The notes beneath the pieces are model-generated. The model was not told the DNA's origin. It ran no database searches and saw nothing but the letters and a program-made list of their open reading frames with translations. Positions 40,605 to 49,864 of a DNA stretch of 64,000 nt are shown here, in pieces. The stretch comes from Candidatus Obscuribacteraceae bacterium (GTDB taxonomy: Bacteria; Cyanobacteriota; Vampirovibrionia; Obscuribacterales; Obscuribacteraceae): assembly GCA_044226015.1 (NCBI GenBank), contig JBGAHS010000002.1:64001-128000 (forward strand). The letters are read 5' to 3'. Position 1 is the first letter of the stretch; each line of letters opens with the position of its first letter. A program made the translations under genes and the position numbers.

Positions 40605-42032
40605 CTAGCCTACTGAGCCTTCCATGTTCAGTGCAATCAAACGATTAAGCTCAACTGCATATTCCAGCGGAAGTTCCTTCGTGAATGGTTCAAAGAATCC
40701 GTTCACGATCATAGTAGTAGCCTGTTCTTGCGTGAGACCTCTGCTCATCAGATAGAAGAGCTGATCTTCACCAACTTTGGACACGGTTGCTTCGTGCTCA
40801 ATGGTGACATCTTTTTCGTCGATTTCCATTGTCGGATAGGTGTCAGAGCGCGACTCTTCATCCATCAACAAAGCATCGCACTTCACTGATGATTTAACGT
40901 TTTCAGCACCTGGATAAACCTTCACCAGTCCGCGGTAAGAAGTTCTGCCACCATCTTTCGAAATTGACTTCGACACGATAATCGAAGAAGTATCTTTTGC
41001 GAAGTGAACCATTTTGGCACCAGCATCCTGATGTTGTCCTTCGCCCGCGAATGCGATAGAAAGCACCTCACCGTGAGCTTTTGGTCCCATCAAATAGATA
41101 GCTGGATATTTCATGGTCAACTTCGAACCAAGATTGCCATCTACCCACTCAACCTTAGCGCCTTCTTCGGCAACCGCACGTTTGGTCACAAGGTTGTATA
41201 CATTGTTAGACCAGTTTTGAATTGTCGTGTAGCGAATGTGAGCGCCCGGCTTGGCAATCAGTTCAACTACTGCAGAGTGAAGCGAATCAGAGGAATAGGT
41301 CGGAGCTGTACATCCTTCAATGTAGTGAACGTAGCTTCCTGGCTCAGCGATAATCAATGTGCGCTCGAACTGCCCCATATTCTCAGTGTTGATGCGGAAA
41401 TAAGCCTGGAGAGGAATTTCCACTTTGACACCAGCTGGAACCCAAACGAAGCTGCCACCAGACCAAACTGCTGAGTTCAATGCAGAGAACTTGTTATCTG
41501 CCGATGGAATTACTGTTCCAAAATGCTTGCGAACAACTTCTTCGTGTTCTCTCAAACCTGTGTCCATGTCCATGAACACAACACCTTGCTTTTCGAGGTC
41601 TTCTCTAATTGAGTGGTAGACAACTTCCGACTCGTACTGAGCAGTGACGCCAGCAAGAAACTTTCTTTCAGCCTCTGGAATACCCAGACGGTCGAAGGTC
41701 TTCTTAATTGAATCTGGAACTTCTTCCCAATCACGCCCCTGTCTTTCGGTGGCACGAACAAAGTAGTGAATGTTTGCAAAGTCGATATCATCCAACATTT
41801 TGGAGTTGCCCCAGCGAGGCATCGGCTTCTTCAAGAAGATTTCGAGCGCTTTCAAACGAAACTTGAGCATCCACTCAGGCTCATTTTTCATCTTCGAAAT
41901 CTGAGTCACTATTTCTTTTGTGAGTCCTTTTCCGGATTTGAAAGCATAATCGTCTTCAGCCATGTGGAAGCCGTACTTGTAGTCGGCTTTCACACTATGA
42001 AGCATTTCGTCTCTGGATAATTCAGCCACCAT
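40605..42032 (-). CDS. sufB: Fe-S cluster assembly protein SufB
   Basis: [51 protein letters not shown]. Confidence 0.97.
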   Translation of the reverse strand: MVAELSRDEMLHSVKADYKYGFHMAEDDYAFKSGKGLTKEIVTQISKMKNEPEWMLKFRLKALEIFLKKPMPRWGNSKMLDDIDFANIHYFVRATERQGRDWEEVPDSIKKTFDRLGIPEAERKFLAGVTAQYESEVVYHSIREDLEKQGVVFMDMDTGLREHEEVVRKHFGTVIPSADNKFSALNSAVWSGGSFVWVPAGVKVEIPLQAYFRINTENMGQFERTLIIAEPGSYVHYIEGCTAPTYSSDSLHSAVVELIAKPGAHIRYTTIQNWSNNVYNLVTKRAVAEEGAKVEWVDGNLGSKLTMKYPAIYLMGPKAHGEVLSIAFAGEGQHQDAGAKMVHFAKDTSSIIVSKSISKDGGRTSYRGLVKVYPGAENVKSSVKCDALLMDEESRSDTYPTMEIDEKDVTIEHEATVSKVGEDQLFYLMSRGLTQEQATTMIVNGFFEPFTKELPLEYAVELNRLIALNMEGSVG

Positions 42033-42054
42033 TATTGCCTCCCAGGCTCACTGC

Positions 42055-42825
42055 TTAGTTTGCACCGCTAGATGCGAATTCTTTTGCGACCCAATCGTAA
42101 CCTTGAGCTTCGAGCTCTTTTGCCAACTCGCTATCGCCAGACTTGACGATTTGACCGGACTGCATCACGTGCACAAATTGCGGTGTGACGTAATCGAGAA
42201 GACGTTGATAGTGCGTTATGAGAAGCACGGCATTTTCTGTAGTCTGCAGAGCGTTGATGCCTTCAGCTACTGTGCGCAAGGCGTCGATGTCGAGCCCTGA
42301 ATCGGTCTCATCGAGCAGCGCCATATCTGGCTTAAGCAAAGCCATTTGAAGAATTTCTAGACGTTTCTTCTCACCACCGGAGAAGCCATCATTGACGTAG
42401 CGCGAGAGGAATTCGTCCTTGACTCCCAACTTCGCCATGTTTTCTTTGAGCTCTTTTCTGAACTCTTTGACTGGAATGTCTTTACCGCGGCGAGCTTTCA
42501 CAGTCGCTCGCAGGAAGTTCGAGACAGACACACCCGGAATTGCAACAGGATACTGGAACGCGAGATAGAGACCTGCTCTAGAGCGCTCATCAGCACTCAT
42601 CGCCAGAAGATCTTGCCCCTTGTACTCGACGCTGCCTTTAGTGATCGTGTACTTGGGATGCCCCATGAGCACGTACGATAGCGTCGACTTGCCAGAACCA
42701 TTGCGCCCCATCAGAGCGTGGACTTCGCCCGCATTGATAGTGAGATTCACACCTTTGAGAATCTCTTTTCCTTCCACTTCCACGTGAAGGTCTTTTATCC
42801 GTAATATCGGTGTTTTCGCTGTCAT
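42055..42825 (-). CDS. sufC: Fe-S cluster assembly ATPase SufC
   Basis: [42 protein letters not shown]. Confidence 0.97.
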   Translation of the reverse strand: MTAKTPILRIKDLHVEVEGKEILKGVNLTINAGEVHALMGRNGSGKSTLSYVLMGHPKYTITKGSVEYKGQDLLAMSADERSRAGLYLAFQYPVAIPGVSVSNFLRATVKARRGKDIPVKEFRKELKENMAKLGVKDEFLSRYVNDGFSGGEKKRLEILQMALLKPDMALLDETDSGLDIDALRTVAEGINALQTTENAVLLITHYQRLLDYVTPQFVHVMQSGQIVKSGDSELAKELEAQGYDWVAKEFASSGAN

Positions 42826-42871
42826 TTTTTCCTACGCCTGCCCCTGTGAGGCTTTTATGCTGTTTTGCTCA

Positions 42872-42927
42872 TCAGTAAACTGAGTTATGATGGACTTTAC
42901 AGATATAATAGTATCAAAAATATATCT
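42872..42927. promoter_or_regulatory. Inverted repeats in the sufC-sufR divergent region (candidate SufR operators)
   Basis: TCAGT-AA-ACTGA (42872-42883) and AGATATA-N13-TATATCT (42901-42927). Confidence 0.4.
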
Positions 42928-43033
42928 ACTGGCGCTTTCCGTTAAGGATTTATTCGCCGCCTGGGGCTAGCCCGAGGGTGTAGAGTGAAAGAGTAACATT
43001 TATCAAGCGGTACAAAAGGAAGAAAGGCTTCAC

Positions 43034-43744
43034 ATGTTGAATCCGCCCCTCAGCGAAAATCCCGAAAACACTCATCAGGCTGTTCTTTTCTACCTGAAGC
43101 GTTGTAATGAAATGACTGTTGCTGATCTTTGCGAAGCGCTTGGGATAACGTCCATGGCGGTTCGCAGACACCTCTCCGGGCTTCAAAAGGACGGACTGGT
43201 GGACTGTCGGCTGGTCAAGCAGACAAAGGGACGACCAACATACAAGTTTCGTTTGACGGCTAAAGGTGAATCGCTATTTCCATCAGCGATAAACAATCTG
43301 GCATTCGAGCTGCTTGATGCTGTGTTCGAAAGCAAGGGCCACGCAGGAGTTATGGAACTCCTGCAGATCAGAAATGATGCTCTGGTTAAAAAAGTTTTGC
43401 CTCAATTAGAAAAACTGAGTTTGCCCGAGCGAGTCAAAGAAGTTGTAAAAATATTTTCAGAAAACGGCTACATGTCTGAGTTCGAGAAGCTTCCAGATGG
43501 GAATTTCTTTATCTATCAGAGGCACTGCGCAGTTCACAATCTCGCATCTCAGTACCGTCAAATTTGTGTTTTAGAGTCAAAATTGCTTGAGCGATTGCTT
43601 GGATTCAAAACAACAAGACAGAAATACATGATGAAGGACGACCCAGTTTGTGGCTACCTCGTTGATGCAAACGAAACTTTCGAACACAGCGCAGAAGTTC
43701 AAGATACAGCTGCCGAGCCACAACTAAGACTAGCAAAAGAATAG
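43034..43744 (+). CDS. sufR: SufR-type Fe-S sensing transcriptional regulator
   Basis: HTH (LGITSMAVRRHL..GRP), C-terminal HC-X12-C...C ligand pattern; divergent from the suf operon. Confidence 0.88.
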   Translation: MLNPPLSENPENTHQAVLFYLKRCNEMTVADLCEALGITSMAVRRHLSGLQKDGLVDCRLVKQTKGRPTYKFRLTAKGESLFPSAINNLAFELLDAVFESKGHAGVMELLQIRNDALVKKVLPQLEKLSLPERVKEVVKIFSENGYMSEFEKLPDGNFFIYQRHCAVHNLASQYRQICVLESKLLERLLGFKTTRQKYMMKDDPVCGYLVDANETFEHSAEVQDTAAEPQLRLAKE

Positions 43745-43787
43745 ATTGACGGCGGATGCCCCCCCGTAAGCAGTGGATTCGGAAATC

Positions 43788-44264
43788 CTATTCTTCTATA
43801 GGAATGCAAATATCAATTTCGCCGTCGAGCATTTCTGGGTCAAAACGCTGATCGTACAACTCGAAATCAGGAGCATCGCGCAGTTTCAATTTGCCCGCAG
43901 AAGCCCATTCGCCCCAAATACGGTCGAGGGTTTCTGGGAGATTTCGAAGTGGTCCCTTATGCGTGAAGACGGCGTATTTCCCTGCCGCAAGTGTTGTTTC
44001 AACCATACCGTTTGGCAACGAATCAATCTTCTCAACAGGAAGTGCAGCGATATAGATGATAGAACCATCGTCTGCTGCTTCCAATATTGGATGCTTCTTG
44101 CAACAAATACCGAATGCAATGCCACTTTTTGAATGACCTATTTCAGTGGTTCGTTGCATGAACTTGTTCCAGAGCTTATTTATTGGAACAATGCTCTTGG
44201 GCTGAAATGCAGCCCCCATGCCGACAGTCTTTTGCTCAGGCAGCTCAATAATTTTTGGTTCCAT
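43788..44264 (-). CDS. GyrI-like small-molecule-binding domain protein
   Basis: INKLW..F, GKYAVFTHKG, IWGEW, PDFELYD, IDICIPI. Confidence 0.9.
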   Translation of the reverse strand: MEPKIIELPEQKTVGMGAAFQPKSIVPINKLWNKFMQRTTEIGHSKSGIAFGICCKKHPILEAADDGSIIYIAALPVEKIDSLPNGMVETTLAAGKYAVFTHKGPLRNLPETLDRIWGEWASAGKLKLRDAPDFELYDQRFDPEMLDGEIDICIPIEE

Positions 44265-44396
44265 ATTTCACGCTCCAGATTTGAACAGATCATATACAGC
44301 AAGTCGAATTCTGTCTCAATCTTGTTTGCTCATTTTTTTCACTCGCGCTAAGTCGTGAAAACCCCATTCAGATTGAGAAGAATCGAAAATTACGTC

Positions 44397-44425
44397 TTGC
44401 AAAGAACTGATTAAGTGCGCATAAT
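44397..44425 (+). promoter_or_regulatory. Sigma70-type promoter with no obvious protein gene downstream
   Basis: TTGCAA-N17-CATAAT on + strand between two minus-strand genes. Confidence 0.55.
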
Positions 44426-44431
44426 GTTTCT

Positions 44432-44613
44432 CGGTTAGCAAACCCCGTGTCCCGAAAGCCCTCAAGCAATTGAGTCTTGAGAGACATGGTTGTCCATGGC
44501 TTGTCCATGGCAAGTTTCTTGGTGCACCCGCGATCTTTCAGAAGTCTGGACAGATCGCGAGCTCCAGGGCGCCACCGCCCCTGGTGTCTTTGAGACACCC
44601 ATTTTCATAACCG
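44432..44613 (+). ncRNA. Candidate structured ncRNA (~180 nt; possibly 6S RNA)
   Basis: Begins 6 nt after the -10 box; nested pairings CGGTTA/TAACCG, GTGTC/GACAC, TGTCCA/TGGACA; alternative local hairpins also possible. Confidence 0.35.
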
Positions 44614-44881
44614 CGTTTGCCAGTGGCAACTGTTTCTCTCGGAGGCTGATTCAATGTGCCAATCAAAACTGAAATCATTCCTCGCCTTTCCAGAATTGTT
44701 TCAGCACATTTCCTATCGCAGAGAACGCGGCTTTTCCAACGGCTTGCCGAGCACAGCATCCTCGTGGGCTCGTCACTACAATACATTGCGAAGTGTTTGC
44801 GCGTTTGCACTCGTTTCGGAAAAGAAATTGAAAAACAATCAACAGGCTCCAGGGGCTACTGGTGCCAATACTCGACGAAAG

Positions 44882-46327
44882 CTAAATGCCTTTTTGCTGA
44901 CTGTAGCGCCCGCTAGACTTGAGCGGAATAGTCGAAAGTTTCACAAAATTTGCTGGTCCGCGGGCTGCAATTGGTAAGCCCCCGGTAATAATCATCGAAT
45001 CACCAGGTCCGACAAAACCTTGCTTTTGCAACGTGTCTTCAACGAGCGCTAAAGTTGCTTCAGAGTCACGAACCTCTGTCAGCATTATTGGTATCACTCC
45101 CCAACACAAGGCAATCTGCCTGTACACATGTTGATGTTGAGTCAAAGCGATGATTGGAGTTGGTGGTCTAAATTGAGATATCAATCTGGCGGTCGAACCA
45201 GTTTTGGTGAAAGCTGCAATTGCCTTTGCTTTCATATCTACAGCCATCGCACAAGCTGCGTGCGCTATCGCGTGAGCAGACGATGGAGTATGATGCTTGT
45301 GAAGAACATCGTAGTCAACACTGCCTTCAGCAGCGGTGGCAATACGCCCCATCATTTTGACTGACTCGATAGGATATTTCCCTGAAGCAGACTCACCAGA
45401 AAGCATGATTGCGTCGGTGCCATCAAAAATAGCATTCGCCACGTCGGAGGCTTCCGCTCGAGTCGGCCTGGGGTTCTCGATCATAGACTCCAGCATCTGA
45501 GTAGCCGTGATTACGGGCTTACCAATTGCATTAGCCTTTTTGGTAATCAGCTTTTGTGCAGCCGGAACTTTTTCTGGTGGCAACTCCACACCAAGGTCGC
45601 CTCTGGCGATCATGACACCATCGGCGGCATCAAGAATTTCATCAAGATGCTCAAGGGCTTCAGGTTTTTCCAGCTTCGCAATAATTGAAACTGGTGGCCA
45701 GTGATTGCCAATTAAGCGGCGCAGGTAGTGGACATCATCGGGGTCTCTCACGAATGAAAGAGCCACAAAATCGACTTCATTTCGCAAACCGAATTCAAGA
45801 TCAACCTTATCTTTTTCAGTTATGGCAGGAATAGATAGGCGAACCCCAGGAAGGTTGATGCCCTTCTTATTCTTTAGTATGCCACCATTTACTACTTCGC
45901 AGACCACATCTGTTTCGGTGGTGTCCAAAACCATCAGCTCAATTAGACCATCATCAAGCAAGATAGTGTCAGTGACTCGTACTTCAAGTGCCAGCTTCGT
46001 GTAGTTGGTGCTTACGCAATGCGCGTTGCCTTCAACTTTGCGACTGGTCAAAACAAACTTCTGCCCGGTAAAGAGCCTTACGGGAATTCCATCTTTCATC
46101 ATTCCCGTTCTGATTTTCGGACCAGAAAGATCAAGCAAGATCCCTACAGGCTTGCCAACATCATCTGAGATGCTGCGCAGATCTTCAATCACACGTTGCA
46201 CAGTTGCATGCTCAGCATGAGAGCAATTAATTCTGGCTATATCCATGCCAGCTTCAACAAGCAGTTCGAGCATATCCCGATCGTTAGTAGCTGGACCTAC
46301 TGTCGCGACAATTTTTGTTCGGCGCAT
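44882..46327 (-). CDS. pyk: Pyruvate kinase
   Basis: RTKIVATVGP, ARINCSH, DLSGPKIR, IAKLEK, MIARGDLGVE, ATQMLESM, PTRAEASDVANA. Confidence 0.97.
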   Translation of the reverse strand: MRRTKIVATVGPATNDRDMLELLVEAGMDIARINCSHAEHATVQRVIEDLRSISDDVGKPVGILLDLSGPKIRTGMMKDGIPVRLFTGQKFVLTSRKVEGNAHCVSTNYTKLALEVRVTDTILLDDGLIELMVLDTTETDVVCEVVNGGILKNKKGINLPGVRLSIPAITEKDKVDLEFGLRNEVDFVALSFVRDPDDVHYLRRLIGNHWPPVSIIAKLEKPEALEHLDEILDAADGVMIARGDLGVELPPEKVPAAQKLITKKANAIGKPVITATQMLESMIENPRPTRAEASDVANAIFDGTDAIMLSGESASGKYPIESVKMMGRIATAAEGSVDYDVLHKHHTPSSAHAIAHAACAMAVDMKAKAIAAFTKTGSTARLISQFRPPTPIIALTQHQHVYRQIALCWGVIPIMLTEVRDSEATLALVEDTLQKQGFVGPGDSMIITGGLPIAARGPANFVKLSTIPLKSSGRYSQQKGI

Positions 46328-46336
46328 AAACCTGTC

Positions 46337-47992
46337 TTAGTTCACAGTTTGAGTTTCACGGTCTTGATAAAGCAAATTGTCCGGGTCTATGTCCGGGAAG
46401 CAGTTATCGATTTCCTCAATTTCTGCAACGCGCGCTTCATTGACCGAATTGTTCTTGATCATTTCCACGATTTCGTCGAAACGTTCGTGATGTTCGTTGA
46501 ATCGCTGCACAGCATACTGTTTCGCCTGACCGGTCGTGATCAAGAAGGGCCAGTCGCTAGACTGAAGCAGTACTAGTTCTCTGGCAGCTTGCTTGAGCGC
46601 ACGCTCTAGCGCACCACTTGCATGCGGATGCTGCTTGGCTAACCCTTCAAGTGCCTTCTCTGCATTATTGATGATCGGCCACATCCATTCAGTCTCGTTG
46701 TTGTACCAGACTTGATAATGTCCGCCAGCACCCCAGGAAGACTCGGGCAATTCAATAATTCTTGTAGGTTGATTTTGTTCAACGTACTCACCAGCAGTGC
46801 ACATATTTACTGCGGTATAGGTTTTCAGCTTCTTAATCACTTCTTTGATGAACGTAATGCCTTCAAACCACCAGTGCCCAAACAACTCAGTGTCGAAGCT
46901 AACCATTACCAGACCAGGTGTTCCGGTCTTTCGCAAATGTTCTGTTAATGAGTGCTGAACTAAACCAACATAATGGTCAGAATTCTCATGAATTCGTTCC
47001 AGAGCTACATCTGGATTATAGATTTCCTTGTAACCAAGGTCAGTATCTTTCGAAGTCAGCCGCCAATAGTGCAAACCAGAGCGGTCATCTTTCTTGTGGA
47101 ATTCACGGAAATTTCCGTCGCCAGGATAGCCAGCATCTGCGGACCAAACTTGATAGCCACATTCGTGGTGGCGTCCCATCACTGCGACGGGGTAATCCTT
47201 CAGCCAATAAGCTTCATACGTATCAAGCCCTGTTTCAGGTCTTGAAGCAGCTGGAATGTACTCAATATTTCCGTAAGCACCGAAAACGCGGCGCATTTCA
47301 TGGGTCTGACCGCCCTTGATTACATCAGACTCGGTGAAGAAATACTTCAAACCTGTTGCATGCAACCATTTATCTACACCAGCTCTTGAGTTTTGCGATG
47401 GACGATAAGCGCACTCAGGCAGCCAGCAACCTTTTGGATCTCTGTGGAACATGCGCTTGTACGCGTCCACACCGGTTTTGTACTGCAAATACAAAGAGGA
47501 GTCTGTTGCCAGCAATGGTGAGAAACAGTGGGTAGCAGCTGAAGTCGTGATTTCTACAGCACCGAGGTCCTGATACTTCTTGAAGCCACCGCAAATATCA
47601 CGGTTCCAAACATTCTGGAAATCGGAAAGAATTTTCTGAAACCAGTTCAAATAAAACTTCGCCAGTTGTAGGCGATTCATATCTGGTGTTTCGCCAAGAG
47701 GGTTATAACGCTCTTCGTCTTTTCTGGCAGCTTCAATGCGATCAGCCAACCACTTTTCAAAACCATTCTTAAGATAGCTGTCCGAGAGCTGCTCTCCGAG
47801 AATAGGGGTAATACCTATCGTTAGCTTCGCAAGGATTCCTTCGTCGTAAAGTTCAGCAATCATGTTGAGAAGTGGAATGTAGGTCTCTGCCATACATTCG
47901 TAAAGGCTCTCTTCTCCGAATGGCCACATACCCGCCTTGCGATAGAAGGGCAAATGGCTGTGTAGCATCAAAACGAAAGAACCTACGCTCAC
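46337..47992 (-). CDS. GH57 1,4-alpha-glucan branching enzyme (with DUF1957)
   Basis: LHSHLPF, ETYIPL, WLPECAY, FDTELFGHWWFEG, LLQSSDWPF. Confidence 0.93.
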   Translation of the reverse strand: MSVGSFVLMLHSHLPFYRKAGMWPFGEESLYECMAETYIPLLNMIAELYDEGILAKLTIGITPILGEQLSDSYLKNGFEKWLADRIEAARKDEERYNPLGETPDMNRLQLAKFYLNWFQKILSDFQNVWNRDICGGFKKYQDLGAVEITTSAATHCFSPLLATDSSLYLQYKTGVDAYKRMFHRDPKGCWLPECAYRPSQNSRAGVDKWLHATGLKYFFTESDVIKGGQTHEMRRVFGAYGNIEYIPAASRPETGLDTYEAYWLKDYPVAVMGRHHECGYQVWSADAGYPGDGNFREFHKKDDRSGLHYWRLTSKDTDLGYKEIYNPDVALERIHENSDHYVGLVQHSLTEHLRKTGTPGLVMVSFDTELFGHWWFEGITFIKEVIKKLKTYTAVNMCTAGEYVEQNQPTRIIELPESSWGAGGHYQVWYNNETEWMWPIINNAEKALEGLAKQHPHASGALERALKQAARELVLLQSSDWPFLITTGQAKQYAVQRFNEHHERFDEIVEMIKNNSVNEARVAEIEEIDNCFPDIDPDNLLYQDRETQTVN

Positions 47993-48244
47993 AAACTCTC
48001 CTTCAATAGGCTTTCAACTGGGTTGAAGACCTTTGGGTATATTTAGTGAAAAGAAGAATCACCGAACAGCCAGCAGGCTTGGGTGGGGGACGCGGAGTCC
48101 GCACTTTGAGCAGCACGTGCTCACAAGTACTCGGACTATATCAAGTGGGATAATCAATTGCTATCCGCCTGGGGCAATCCGTAACTATTCTTCAGTAAGG
48201 GTGTGTGAAGATTTTGGCATAGAATTTTTTCAGAAGAGGTACGC

Positions 48245-48571
48245 ATGTCGTCAGAGCCCGAAAACGAATTTTCAGACCTGGAAGAAACCGATGAGAACTC
48301 GGTAGCTCCAGTGAGAATGCAATTCGATAGTGATAGCGCTAAGAAAGACAAAGACGCACTGGGGAAGGAAAACAAAGTAATCAGGCTACTAGAAAAGAAC
48401 CCCCTTGGCATGACCCTGCCCGAAATGGCTGGCGGACCAAGACAGGTTAAGAAGATAAAGACGCTTCGGCCGCTGTTAGCAGAGGCAATTCGGCTGGGGC
48501 TGGTGATGCCAACCAGTCAGCGAGCTGGCAATACTGTTTACAGGCTAGTCAAGAACCTGGGTCCACGTTGA
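48245..48571 (+). CDS. Small hypothetical protein, possible winged helix
   Basis: GAGG RBS; acidic N-terminus, basic C-terminal helix-turn-helix-like part (GMTLPEM..GLV..YRL). Confidence 0.65.
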   Translation: MSSEPENEFSDLEETDENSVAPVRMQFDSDSAKKDKDALGKENKVIRLLEKNPLGMTLPEMAGGPRQVKKIKTLRPLLAEAIRLGLVMPTSQRAGNTVYRLVKNLGPR

Positions 48572-48602
48572 TCTAGCTGGCAAGAACCTGCGGTCAACAG
48601 AT

Positions 48603-48917
48603 TCACTCCAACAAATCGCCAAGTATCGCAAGCAACTTGGCTTCCAAGAGATTGACATCTCCCTGGAGAAATATTGTTTTTTTGCGTGAACTCTGACCCG
48701 AAATAATTTTTATTGAACTTTTGCTGAGCCCAAAAGTCTTTGCCAGAAAGGCGATGATTGCGCTGTTTGCAGCGCCCTCTTGTGCCTGTGCCGAGATGCG
48801 CAATTTCAAGGCTCCGTCATGGATTCCAGCAAAAGCGTCTTTTGATGCACCTGGCTGAGCATGAACGCTTATGCGCAAGCCATTTTCTTCTTTTTTGAAC
48901 AGAGTTGGCGGAAACAT
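48603..48917 (-). CDS. DUF167 (YggU/UPF0235) family protein
   Basis: VHAQPGAS, LKLRISA..EGAAN, ISGQSSRKK. Confidence 0.9.
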   Translation of the reverse strand: MFPPTLFKKEENGLRISVHAQPGASKDAFAGIHDGALKLRISAQAQEGAANSAIIAFLAKTFGLSKSSIKIISGQSSRKKTIFLQGDVNLLEAKLLAILGDLLE

Positions 48918-48979
48918 GACACTAATAAAAATTCCAGCTTGTTCAGCTATTGCTAGAATTGACGTGAATTAAACGAGAG

Positions 48980-49864
48980 GTGCTTATTTTGACAGTAAGA
49001 ATCGCAGACATGGAGATTGGTGGCAAGAATTCTCCTTTATTTCTAATCGCAGGTCCGTGTGTGATTGAATCGTGGGACCAGATTTACTCCACAGCGTCCG
49101 CGCTAAAAGATATCTGCAAAGAATTCAAAATAAATTACGTTTTCAAAGCATCCTTCGACAAAGCAAATCGTACCTCGTTCAATTCTTTTAGAGGACCCGG
49201 TCTGGAAAAGGGACTGGAAATGCTTGCTGAAATAAAGTCAAAACTCGGAGTGCCAGTATTGTCCGACGTTCACGAAGTCGCCCAGTGCGCACCAGCCGGC
49301 AAAGTTCTAGACATTATTCAAATACCAGCATTTCTCTGCAGACAAACTGACCTGGTTTGCGAAGCCGCTAAAACCGGCAAAGCAATAAACATAAAGAAAG
49401 GACAGTTTGTTGCACCGCTAGACATGGCTCATAGCGTCAACAAAGTAATTGAATGCGGAAACAAGAACGTCACAGTAACAGAGCGTGGTACTACATTTGG
49501 TTACAACAATCTTGTTGTCGACTACCGAGCAATTCCAATGATACAAGCATCTGGTGTGCCGCTCATATTCGATGCGACACACAGCGTGCAACTGCCAAGT
49601 GCAGGCGGAGGAGTCTCTGGTGGTGACAGACGTTACATTCCTAATTTAACTCGCGCAGCACTGGCAGCTGGTGCAGATGGCTTGTTCATGGAAGTGCATC
49701 CAAATCCCGACGAAGCAAAGAGTGATGCCTCTACTCAGATTCCACTCTGGCAGATAAGAGATTTGCTAAGCCAGTGCGTTCAGGTTTATGATCTGGTAAA
49801 GAAGCTGCCTGAAGTCAGCCTTCCTGATAAAGGACAATGCAACCAACCAGCGCTAGCCAGGTAA
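48980..49864 (+). CDS. kdsA: KDO 8-phosphate synthase
   Basis: IAGPCVIES, KASFDKANRTS, QIPAFLCRQT, KKGQF, ERGTTFGY, DATHSVQ. Confidence 0.97.
   Translation: MLILTVRIADMEIGGKNSPLFLIAGPCVIESWDQIYSTASALKDICKEFKINYVFKASFDKANRTSFNSFRGPGLEKGLEMLAEIKSKLGVPVLSDVHEVAQCAPAGKVLDIIQIPAFLCRQTDLVCEAAKTGKAINIKKGQFVAPLDMAHSVNKVIECGNKNVTVTERGTTFGYNNLVVDYRAIPMIQASGVPLIFDATHSVQLPSAGGGVSGGDRRYIPNLTRAALAAGADGLFMEVHPNPDEAKSDASTQIPLWQIRDLLSQCVQVYDLVKKLPEVSLPDKGQCNQPALAR

Noticed and set aside
44438..44460. GCAAACC..CGAAAG as a c-di-GMP-I riboswitch
   Set aside because: The following GGGACGCAAA and second stem are absent
44615..44635. GCAACTGT / GCCACTG as a cobalamin riboswitch
   Set aside because: The motifs are on opposite strands and the other conserved blocks are missing
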